From Tubulanus polymorphus (taxonomy: Eukaryota; Animalia; Nemertea), in NCBI RefSeq assembly GCF_964204645.1, contig NC_134031.1:18297910-18361909 (forward strand): a stretch of DNA of 64,000 bases. Reading direction: 5' to 3'. The notes under the pieces are model-generated. The model saw only the letters and a program-made list of their open reading frames with translations. It had not been told where the DNA came from and did not search any database. Every line of letters begins with the position of its first letter. The first letter of the stretch is position 1. A program made the translations under genes and the position numbers. Shown piece by piece: positions 53,201 through 64,000 of this stretch.

Positions 53201-56200
53201 TTGTAGAGAGGGCTTTAGGGTCTACAGTGATGATTTCTGTGTTTGTGTATTTGTAAAGAGGGCTATAGGGTCACAGTGATGATTTCTGTGTATTTGTAGA
53301 GAGGGCTGTAGGGTCTACAGTGATGAGTTCTGTGTTTGTGTATTTGTAGAGAGGGCTATAGGGTCTACAGTGATGATTTCTGTGTTTGTGTATTTGTAGA
53401 GAGGGCTGTAGGGTCTACAGTGATGAGTTCTGTGTTTGTGTATTTGTAGAGAGGGCTGTAGGGTCTACAGTGATGATTTCTGTTTGTGTATTTGTAGAGA
53501 GGGCTGTAGGGTCTACAGTGATGATTTCTGTGTTTGTGTATTTGTAGAGAGGGCTGTAGGGTCACAGTGATGAGTTCTGTGTTTGTGTATTTGTAGAGAG
53601 GGCTATAGGGTCTACAGTGATGATTTCTGTGTATTTGTAGAGAGGGCTATAGGGTCTACAGTGATGATTTCTGGCGATGTACGAAGATCTGATTGATGAA
53701 CAAGCGGAATTATTCGATAATCTCGACTCGGATTCACTGTTTGATTATCTCATACAGAATGGAGTACTTGAACCGAATACAGCTGAGGAAATACGGCATG
53801 AGAGACAGGGAGAAGAGGTAGGCATCCAGTTCCACCGTGGATCAAGTCCCACCAGAATCCATTTGGCCCTATAAGAGTTTGAACTTTAATTGATTTAATT
53901 CTAGTGTGTACTCTAACAAGAACTGTGGAACTTGAAACTGGCCCGTGTAGACGGTAGTTAGTTTTCAGTTCATCTGAATAGTCACCAAACATGATCCCTG
54001 AATGTTCTGAGCAGGATTTCTAATCTCACTGTAGAAATACCCTTTCAATCACTGATGTTGTATCGATGCCCTGAAATGTGTCGCTTGAATCAGAGTTGAA
54101 TTTCAGTAAATTGTTTCATCGTAGGTGAATAAAGCTTTATTGGAATATTTGGATCAGAAAGAGAACAATGCGACCAATCATCACGCGTTATTTATTAACG
54201 CCCTACGACAGACGGGTCGGTTACAGCTCGCTAATTTATTAGACGTCGGACACAGGATAGAACCGCGCAGATGGAATTCACTAGGTAACGTCGTAAATCT
54301 TCAATTCATCGAAATCATTCTCTATTTCAATGTCACAGTTTTAATGAGACTGTATTTTGTATTACAGGTTACCTAAACAGAACCAGACACAAAGGTAAGC
54401 CACTCAAAGATGTTTGGGGAGGGAAGTTCCATCAATAGCTAAGTTACCCCTTTGAGGTCCAGTTCCATGACTAAAGACCATTCTAAGACCCCTTTAGCTC
54501 TTTAGCCAATCTAACAGAGTTAAGACCATTTTTGGACATTAAGTATCGACTATCAAACCCAGGGAACTAAGTAGCTGCAGTAGTACGACATCAGTCATAG
54601 ACTATTTCAGTTCCATAACCGATCAGAAATCAACAAATGCAGACCAGTCTCAATCCTCAGGATAAACTGATATCGCTATTATTTTGTAGGTCAGGTGTGT
54701 TTGATTTTACAAGTGAACGCTGTTGAGTTATACCCGGATGGTTTACCCCCGGGGTTTATACCCCGCGACCGGCCCGGGGGTAAGAGTTACTGGATCAGTC
54801 TCGACGAGTTGAAACTCGAGGATGTGATCGGCAACTCGACGCTGCACCTGCAGGTCAGCACCTCGCAGCAGTTGCTCGCGGCGGACAACGACGACAACCA
54901 CCACCTCGCGACCAACCGGAACAGCCTGCTACAATTAACAATCATAGAACCGGACGACCCGTCGTCGTGGCAACAGAATCCCGCCGAGAAGAAATCGCGA
55001 TGTTTTTGCGGTTGTTTTAAAAGTTTATTCGGGAAAGAGAAGAAAGCGTCGGCTTCGAAATCGAAGAGTTATCAGAATAATCAGAACCAGCAACAGCAGC
55101 AGGAGACGGTCGGATATCGGTTAGCCAGCGGGGTACACGTGTTAGAACCCGTTCCCGAGGAGGGAGGACACGCCTCCTGCGACAACAATAAGAACAATCT
55201 AGCGTCATCGCGACAACCGAACGGCTCGTCGCCGGGCGGGTCGTCGAGCGCGATCGATAAACAACCGACCAATCAGCAACAACGATCGAGTCGCGAGATC
55301 ACGCAGTCGGTCGCCGTCGACGACGAAGAGCTTCGCGTCAAAGCGGAAACGTTGCACGGTAAATCGAACCGTTTCTATCAACAATTACAACAATCGGACA
55401 GCACGAGTCGCGAACGGTTGCTAACGTACTTCGAGCAAGATCGTAAGATTCTCGTGCTCGACCTGATGTACGAGGACGGGATTATAATCGTGTGCATCTG
55501 TACGAAACCCGATGCCGTTCAGCAGCTGCAGCACGACTTCGAGAACGGACGTCTCGTTCAGGATCTCGAGACGGTACTAGTTACGCCCTCTATACTCGCC
55601 GATATCTACGTTCAATCGATGAAGCTACAATTAACCGTCGAGGAGGATGAATTCTCTAAAGCGTTCAAAGATCTACAAGTGCATTAATAATAATCCGAAT
55701 AATTAATTATTAATCTGGTTGTTGATTGGTTGAATTTGCTCATATATACATATATATATATCACTTGGTCAAATATCGGTTTCTGGATAACGGTGTGCCA
55801 GTCAGTGTGCCAAGTGACTGTATATCTATGCTGTGTGCCGAGTAGGTTCCTATCGACGTGTGCCGTGTGCCTATCAGCTGTATTTCTACTGACCGTGCCC
55901 GGCGGATTTTCTTGCATTTTTCGTAAATAACCGATTCAGCAAACGCTTGGTAGAGGTTTTTAGAAACACATAATACGAGAGCGTTCTCTCTCAAAGAATG
56001 AGTGTGCGTGGTGCAGGTGTCATTGTGCTTTTTAACATGGATATAAAACTGATTCAATGATTATTTTCAGCAATATGTCACGCAATATGCAAGCTTTCGG
56101 TTTGAGTGATTCTCATTCCCCCCTCTTCCCCTATGAATGCCCGGTGTTTATAGTGTGTTTATAGATGCAATCACTCGCTATATTTGTGGTCGCCCTAATA

Positions 56201-59200
56201 TCGCACGAATGTCACAAACAGTTTTATCGCTTTTGTAGTAAGAATCTGTCTCAAAAAAAAAGTACCAACGACCCCCACCAGACCACTGTTAAACATGTCA
56301 TCCAGTTTTGAAGCATTTTACATGTTATGATCTGATCTGTCGAATATAACCATGAATTCTATTGTAACTGATCCAGTTCCATTGTTGTGGGTTGAAATTT
56401 GACTCTAAACTCAAAACTAAAAAGCTAGATCAAGAAATGCCAAAAAAAGTTCTACTTAGATTTGGATGAGGCCTAGAAAAACCTCAATACTTAAACCTCG
56501 ATATTTAAAGGTGTTTATGATGTAAATGTTACTAGTGTTTTACGCGATGTCGCTAATAAAATTTGTGTCTCTTGAAGAGATGTTGTATTTGCCTCAGCGG
56601 AGAGGAACTCTGACCGAAGTCTCACTAACGATGGCTTTCAGTATCGCGGGGCGCAGCAGTCATTGCATAAACATCGCCATTTAAAATGAAATGATCACAC
56701 TTTACACTAGACAACTGCTGAAATCTCGAATATCAATAATAAGATGTATCATTCATCTAATATCAATTTTATAGATAATATCAGATATATGAGCTAATGT
56801 CTATTTCAGCTTGACTTGAGACTTCAGTTTTGGCAGTACATACCTGATATAGGTCTCAAAAGGACAAGAATTTACTGGCAGTTGATCTAAAACATATGGT
56901 TAATCTAAATTTATCCAAGAAAACAGTGTCTCTTTTCTATGATGCAACCCCTTTCAATGAAGACTTATTGGCGATCCTTCAATACAGTGTAAAAAGATAA
57001 AAAATCGATGTTTTAGTTCAACTGCCCGTCAATTGTAGACACTTAAAGACCTGTCATGTATGTATCCCCACAACTGACCGAACTAGGTCAACTGATGTCC
57101 TCTCAAGTCTCGTTGAAATATAAGCTTATATTAGAGAGAGTGTCATGTGTGAATGCATTAAAATTACGATCTGAAAAATGCTGAAATCATATTTTTAATA
57201 AAAACTGCTGCTTGAAGTATAAAACAAAAACTCAGTTTGATCTCTGTTTCTCAACAACAACATATCTGAACAGATATTAGTGCAGTAGCTTCTCAATAGG
57301 TGTCACCGATATACGGGATCCAGTTGCACACTTGTGAGTGAAGAAACTGTGTTAACTCGTAACTGTAGGATTGGCTTCATGGTTAGTTTTTGAAGGACGA
57401 AAATAGTCCAATATAAAAGTACAAATTTTTCTGTCATTAATGCAGCTTATGAAGTAAGTTGGGGGTACCCGCGGTATTAGACCTTCCCACCAATGAAAGA
57501 TTTTGACTTTTGTAGCGTAAAGAACCGTTCATTTTCTAGTAATTATTGCCGTAGGTTTGTAAGAAAGAGGATCTTTTTTATTAGAATCATGAGTTTTTGA
57601 AAAATATATAATCGCTAAAAAGAGGTGCATATAATTTCATTTGTGATAATATAATTATTTAGACTAATATATATATTGTGTTGAATAGTGGTTTGTGATA
57701 AGTTTGCTGTAGTTAACTATATTGAATTGAGGGGGGGTTAGTGACCGGGATTTCGGGTTTAAAAATCATGACGTCCATGAATTCAAGTAATGCTTGTTTG
57801 TTTTATAGCGATTTAAACATATTAATCATGATTCGTTCGATTTGTTCGCGTTCGAATTCAAAAGATAATTTATGTGAGGTGTTGAATAATAGTGTCTCTT
57901 GTTGTTTGATTTAAATTCGTTTTAATTTAAAACTTGATCCTGTCGTCAACCGAAGCCAATCATATCGCTTGGAAGCAGTTCCGCAGTTAAGTTAATTTTC
58001 GGTAGTGAATTCGACGGTGGGCGATGCGTATATCGTTTTAGAGTCCAACTGAACTGTGGAACTGGTTCCCGTTCATAGATGTTCAATGATGCATTTTCTG
58101 CCTCTGAAATATCGCTGCCATATTTTCAAATCAGGGGATTACATTTTGTTATATCAGTAATTAATGTGTTTGTACAGTAGGGTATGGTTGAGTGAGGGGG
58201 TGTTACCTGCCTGTGAGTGGCTGAGGGGGTTTGCCTGCCTGCGAGTGGCTGATTAGGGGTGTTACCCGCCTGTGAGTGGCTGAGGGGGTTTGCCTGCCTG
58301 TGAGTGGCTGATTAGGGGTGTTACCTGCCTGTGAGTGGCTGAGGGGGTTTGCCTGCCTGCGAGTGAAGTGGTGCAAATTTCAACAAGCTTCTATGTAATT
58401 AGTATAAATTATAATGATTGATAAAACACCATTATGTTAATGGAAACAATTGTGTAAAATGTGTAATTAATTAATAGCCGAAATAAATTGAGCAAACATC
58501 GCATGAATTTATAGTTTATTAGTCTTTCATTTATTTCTAAGGAAAGATATCTGTCTCCAGCATTCAATCTAAGAGCTCAATGGAAATGAATTCCACACTT
58601 CAACATAAAACCGACTCACTCAGGATAGGGAGGTAGAGGTTACTGGTAGGCTTTCAGGACCGGGTTCCACAGTTCTCGAATACTATTTACATCATCATAC
58701 AATACTATTAACATTACGTAAGAATTGAAACACTGGAAATGATTTCATTTTAACTTAAGAGTCATAACTTTACCGAGAACTGTGCAACTGAGTCCTGGTT
58801 TGAACAACGGTAAGAGGAGAATTAGCAAACTGTAAAATGTAAGGACACATTTTTCATGAGTTATTGAAGCAATATTTCATTTATTTCAAGTATTCTCAAA
58901 TGCCGAAGAAAAACTTAACAATTTGGCCCACCGATACATTAAAACTAGGGCCAGAGAACTGATTTTATGTGAATTGGAATTAAAGGCCCAGGACCCAGCT
59001 CCACTTGCCAGTTAAATAAGGCTCTTTTCAATTAAAATTAGTTCATTTTCAAGAGTTTCATGGTTCTTGATTAAGATTTGACATCAATTTCAACTTTTTT
59101 TCAGTGATATATGTGGAACTGGGTTTCAGGCAGTAAGCCTTTGACATGGCCAACTCAGACTTTCGACCAACTCATAACTTGGCACAAAAACGAAATAATT

Positions 59201-62200
59201 TTCTGACTTTCGAACATATTTTCCGATCCTTAACTCTGACTGGCACTGAACACAGAACGATTTCAGAATCAGGCATCATTTATTGTACTACGTGTACCTA
59301 TTATACATGATTTGCATAAGAAAAAAATGTTCACTTACTTGTAAACGTTTGTAGGTTCCATATCTCCCATCTCAACGAGGTACGCCCCAAATCTGAACGC
59401 TCCTCCATAAATGAAAAACACTATCGCCTGACTGAATGCGTATGAAAATCCTCCTAGAAATGCTCCCCTCAGATTTTTCCTAAAAGCAAAAAGTTTTTTA
59501 CTTTAACTTTTGCAACGCCAACACGCCATGTCTGGTACTAAATTCAGAACCAAGTTCTTGAGTGAAATAGACGGATTTTTTTACTCTTTTCAAGTTTTCC
59601 TTGACTAGCTAAAATTCAATTTAAAAATCAGACTCTTAAAACTAGACTCTTAAAACTAGACAATGATCTAATCTAATTCTATTGAGTCATCGATTTTTGA
59701 CTTTGGAACTGGGTCCTGGTTTGTCAAGTTTAATATCAAACTTAGAACTATTCTCATGAAAACTGTTTTAGAAGGACATCTAGTGGTATATAGCTTCGGG
59801 ATACATTAACATACTTGTATGGAATGAGTAGTTTGTCTTGGTAGTAACCGTACATTCGCACTTCTAGCGTCAATCCTTGAACCGTTCTCACATTCTCGAT
59901 GCTTTCTGTTGCAATCTGATAACAAGAGACACATAGATAAAAGGTCAGCTACTTTGATTTGACTTGGCTTTTCCCAGACGTGTACGTTGCTTTCCGTGAT
60001 TTTATGCGCTAAGAATCCGATCAATTAACACAGTCAAATAACTATGACATACTTGTAGATGGAAACTTTGATTTTATGCACAATCTAGCAATCTCAACAA
60101 TCTCGACATTTCCCTGACTTATAGGTTTTTTTTTCAGATAAGTGGCCACCCTGAATGAGTTAGAGGTGAGCCGCATTCACACACAGACAGTTTAAACCAG
60201 CACCGCCCATACCCTACCTACCTCTCCAGCCTCTTCTAACAGTTTAGAATCTTTCTTCTGATCAACTCCCATCGCTCGCATTTGAGCGTATCCTAAATAT
60301 ATCATGGAAAAAACGTTTTTCTATAGTGAAACCCACTATAAGTCGTCACATTACTGACAAGACTAATTTATTCAGTCAAACTCGGGTAAGTCATCACAAA
60401 TACATTACTGAAGTCATTACTACTTTTGACTCGCGCAATTTGTGTACATTGTTTTTCCAATCTAATTTACAAATCAATATAATGTCTTAGCTATGATGAC
60501 TTAAGCAGTTTACTGTATTTACAGTTCAAATCATCATCAATAAAAAGATGATTTTTCTAACGAACCTGCCAGCGACATTAATGGAACAGCAGCGATTAGA
60601 AGTAAAGTGAGTTTCCAGCCGTATATGAATCCAATAACGAGACCGGCTACGATACCGACTAAAGCCTGCAACACTACGTTCACTCTTATACCGGTCGCCT
60701 GGAGAAATACAACCACAATCTCTAAAGCTCAACAGTCATATATCCCTCAATATTTCACAGGTGATTTTTCAATTTTCCCGAATGGAAATGGGGCCTTCGT
60801 AAAAATGAACAGATACCGTCTTACTATACAGTCAACCTTTTAGTGGTGACTGGTTGAAAAAGGTGATTTTCATGAAGAATTGCAGAAGAAAATTGACATC
60901 CCAGAACTATGCCTCTCTTAGTGCAAAATGAATTATCAAAATATTTCCTGAATTAGAGCGAAATACATCAATTCCCAAATATTTCCAAACCGAGTAATGT
61001 TATTTTGAAATGTGATCATGACTTACATTTTTGACTAGGGAAGCATCAGTTGCCAGTCTGGTCGTAAGAGCCCCGGTCGAGTGTCGAGTCTCATCGAAAT
61101 AAGCCATATCCTGCCTTAACAGTGATTGAAATGACATGTACCTCAATCTCATCGTTAACCTTTCCCCGGACAATCCAAAACAAAACGTCTACAAATAATA
61201 CATTCAAAAGAGTTACTCTGAATTGTAGCTGAAGATTCAGTTTCACAAAAATACTTTCAATCATTTGAAAAATTGACCCTGGGGCTGTTCCATAGTTCAA
61301 AAAAGACTAGACTTAGCCCAGTTTGGTCTTATAAAAATCGAAAAAATTGATACTGATCATAAGAGATTTGGATTGAGCCATTACGTTTGTGCCATGGCCC
61401 CGGGTCGAGTTCAAAATTTGAGACTTAGACGCAAGTTTGGCTCTAATCAAATGAAGTTAATAATACTGACCGTTAAATAGTTTCCTAAACCGCTCAGAAT
61501 TCCTAACACTAAAAACATCATGCTCCAGAAAAATGCTCCGTTTTTCAGTTCATCTCCCGTCTCGGTGAAAACCTGAAACAAGAAATTATATATGAGGCTT
61601 GACGCGAAAAGTACTACATCAAATATTATCCATCTAGATTTAAACAACCAGTAATATCCTTAAAGCCTTGATTCACAATTCCCGAAAAAGTTCAATCTAA
61701 CGTTTAAAGGTTAGGCCTAATTTAGATTTCACAACTTAAACCGCTTGAAGCTTAAAAACTTCATAGATCTGTATCTGGGTCTTTCCCTCCTAATTCCTTT
61801 CCCTGCTTAAAACCCTTCCTGATTCGTTCTCCCGCGTACCTTCAGCATTTCACTGAACAAGATGGCAAAAACAGGCATCAGAGAACCAGCTATTACACTG
61901 CCTAAAAATCCAATTAAGATCAGATACCACTCGGGGAAATTCAATCTGAAAACTCGCATGAACGTCGGGATATCAACATCTTCTTCCTGAAAGCAGAGAA
62001 ATGGGAATTTTGTAAGAGATTGAAATGAGTACATCCATGTGATTAATCGAAATAAAGTAAGATTAACGTTGAAAACTCACCAGAGCATTCGAACCAAAAG
62101 CATGGACCTTAATCAATTTAGATGTAATATACATGGACAAGAGTTTTCTATAAAATTTGTGCGTTTTAACGTTTGAAATCTTACTTTATTATGAGAATCT

Positions 62201-64000
62201 TGTGGATACCGTATTGAATACGGAATCTCAGATTCTCAGGAGTGATTTCTACTCCTATTCCTACTCTCCTACTCAATACAAACCTTCTCCTCTTTATCTT
62301 TCTTAGTATCGTCGACTGATAAAGACCGACTGATCGTTCGTTTACGAGTTTTCTCCACCAGGGCGACATCTGCTTAAAATACAGAAAAACGTTTGAATTT
62401 ACCAACGATACAAAACTGTGAACTGTCAGTTATCCGAACTCTGTACCTTTCAAATCTATTTCCATCTCTTCATTGTCTTCAGTCTGCCCGTTATCGAACG
62501 TCTGTAACGTCACCAGTTGATAGTAAATTCCTTTATTAGCCATCAGTTCTTCGTGGTTACCCTTCTCCATAACTTTTCCGTTGTCGATAGCGTAGATGAC
62601 TTCGGCGTTTTTGACCGTTGATAATCGGTGGGCGATAATCAGCGTGGTACGTCCCTGCGATGCCTGGTCATTCATAAAATGAAAACTTACATAATGAAAG
62701 TTTTTAATACTGCGTGTACCAGTAGTATTCAGTTAACTGCTTTTAACTCATTGAATCATTTTAAGTCATCACAAACTGTTGCAAAAGAATAACAATTAAA
62801 TTCTATCTTGAATCATCACTTAAACTCAAAACACAAATCACTACACCCAGTTCTCAGTTTATGTATGAATCTGCAGAGTTTGAACATCGGAAATGAACTA
62901 CCTGTGATTTTAGCTGTAGAGTCAAACTTAACCATGAACTTTGGATCCAGGGGACAGTTGCACAGTCACGGCTTGGATTAAGGACCAGTCTAAGCTCATT
63001 ATGATTCTATAATTAAGGACTGTGTCTACTCTCTAACAATTTTACCTGATCTAGAGCTGCTTGAACTAATCCTTCACTTTCTGAATCGAGAGCAGACGTT
63101 GCTTCATCGAGCAGTAAAATCTTTGGATCTCGTACGAGAGCTCGTGCTATAGCTATTCGCTGTTTCTGTCCACCGGATAATTGAGTTCCTCGTTCACCGG
63201 CTAACGTTTCATATCCCTAGAAATCAGAATGATTCATCGGGTCTCAAACAGTCGAGAAATAAAATCATACCATTTGGGTTCTCAAACAAAAACTTAAAAT
63301 AAGAATAAGCTCATTTTGGCTCTATAACCAAACTAACAAAGTAAAGACCGGTTATTAGAGTCACAATTTCAATTGAATATTTTGACAGAGAAACTGTTTA
63401 TAAGATAAACTTACTTTTGGAAGTTGCAGAATGAATTTGTGAGCGTTAGCAGATTTCGCTGCTTCGATCACTTCTTCCATCGTGACATCATCGCGTCCGT
63501 ATTTAATATTCTCCGCGATACTGCACCCGAACAAAACCGGTTCCTGTGAGACGATACCGATCTTATTACGCAGCCATTTTATATTCAAGCTTTTGATGTT
63601 GTGTCCATCAAAGACGACCTGTAAGAGAAAACAGATTTAGCTGGGGGTATCAGCAGAAAGAGGAAGAGAAGTTGAGAGAGGGGGTCAGGTATTGAGAGTG
63701 ATAGAAGATAGATAGAGGTATGGAGAAAGGGAGAGTGGATGGAGAGAGGGGATGAAGAGAGGGAGATGGGAAAACAGGAAGGGAGAGTGGAGAGAAGCTA
63801 TTATGGTTAAGATATCTAGATTCAAGCTTAGACTGGTGCAACACTAAATCCTGGCCTCAGAATAGATCACTGCCGTCAGACCAGACTTATCACCGCACAG
63901 TCAGACCAGACTTACCTCTCCGTTATCAGGATCATAAAATCTCTGTATAAGATTAACGACAGTAGATTTACCGCAGCCACTTTCACCGACGAGGGCTACA
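41248..64000 (-). CDS. ABCB1: ABCB1/P-glycoprotein-type full ABC transporter, 3' part (NBD1, linker, TMD2, NBD2)
   Basis: Minus-strand exons >64000-63916, 63618-63415, 63216-63046, 62663-62447, 62369-62284, 61986-61840, 61572-61471, 61188-61027, 60698-60566, 60292-60222, 59915-59815, 59479-59339, [15.5 kb intron], 43870-43714, 43511-43314, 42716-42513, 42005-41859, 41448-41248. Walker A Gx[32 protein letters not shown] and IAHRLST present in both NBDs. Exact orthology within ABCB1/4/5/11 is not resolvable here. Confidence 0.92.
46321..47294 (+). other. Candidate non-coding 5' UTR exons of the nested CARD gene (46321-46389 and 47246-47294)
   Basis: Both are bounded by strong plus-strand sites (tttacAG...GTaagt; tttttAG...GTaaga) inside a minus-strand intron; no coding frame. 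Confidence 0.4.
49349..53672. repeat. Minisatellite, 43-50 bp unit, roughly 90 copies
   Basis: Unit TATTTGTAGAGAGGGCTGTAGGGTCTACAGTGATGATTTCTG(TG/TTTGTG/TGTTTGTG), read directly. Confidence 0.98.
53677..55687 (+). CDS. CARD (death-fold) + low-complexity linker + TRADD-N-like domain protein (~441 aa), nested antisense in the ABCB intron
   Basis: Exons 53677-53817, 54125-54284, 54368-54394, 54690-55687 sum to 1326 nt in frame. N-terminus [20 protein letters not shown]...EEI...ALLEYL...[18 protein letters not shown] fits the CARD pattern. C-terminus [36 protein letters not shown]...[10 protein letters not shown] resembles invertebrate TRADD-like N-terminal domains (recognised from memory). AATAAA at ~56555. 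Confidence 0.8.
58195..58365. repeat. G-rich tandem repeat, 59-bp dimeric unit x3
   Basis: Alternating GGGGTGTTACCTGCCTGTGAGTGGCTGA and GGGGGTTTGCCTGCCTGCGAGTGGCTGATTA. Confidence 0.9.

Noticed and set aside
49349-53672. CRISPR array or coding repeat (ORFs 49437, 51267, 52685, 53365)
   Set aside because: Head-to-tail units with no unique spacers in a eukaryotic intron; the ORFs are by-products of 48-bp units.
55684-56057. Short overlapping ORFs after the CARD gene stop
   Set aside because: Presumptive 3' UTR with TG-rich low complexity; no splice or domain support.
63650-63844. Ser/Pro/Leu-rich ORF
   Set aside because: Low-complexity purine/pyrimidine tract inside an ABCB intron.

Overview
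AT-rich, intron-rich genomic DNA of an invertebrate animal (species not determinable from sequence alone). Eight protein-coding genes were reconstructed by hand from GT-AG junctions and reading phase. They are: (1) the 3' part of a perlecan/HSPG2 gene (+, 1-19761; 17 Ig domains, 14 of them one per symmetric exon, then LG1-EGF-EGF-LG2-EGF-EGF-LG3); (2) a TruA-family pseudouridine synthase, PUSL1-like (-); (3,4) two tandem paralogues encoding signal peptide + (GGGK)n + Thr-rich stalk + GPI-type tail (+); (5) a CUB-CUB-TM membrane protein (-) hosting (6) an antisense, intronless-CDS BTBD19-like gene; (7) the 3' two-thirds of an ABCB1/P-glycoprotein-type transporter (-) whose 15.5 kb intron hosts (8) an antisense CARD + TRADD-N-like gene. 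The most unusual structure is a 4.3 kb minisatellite ending 4 bp before the CARD ATG. Its unit looks like an amplified splice acceptor plus leader and carries a uATG in nearly every copy. Also notable: a candidate 24-nt perlecan microexon near the position of agrin's LG2 y/A splice site, a Penelope-like insertion with a minimal hammerhead ribozyme, a tRNA-derived SINE with TSD, and several MITE families. All exon models are predictions without transcript evidence, and family assignments rest on remembered motifs, not database searches.
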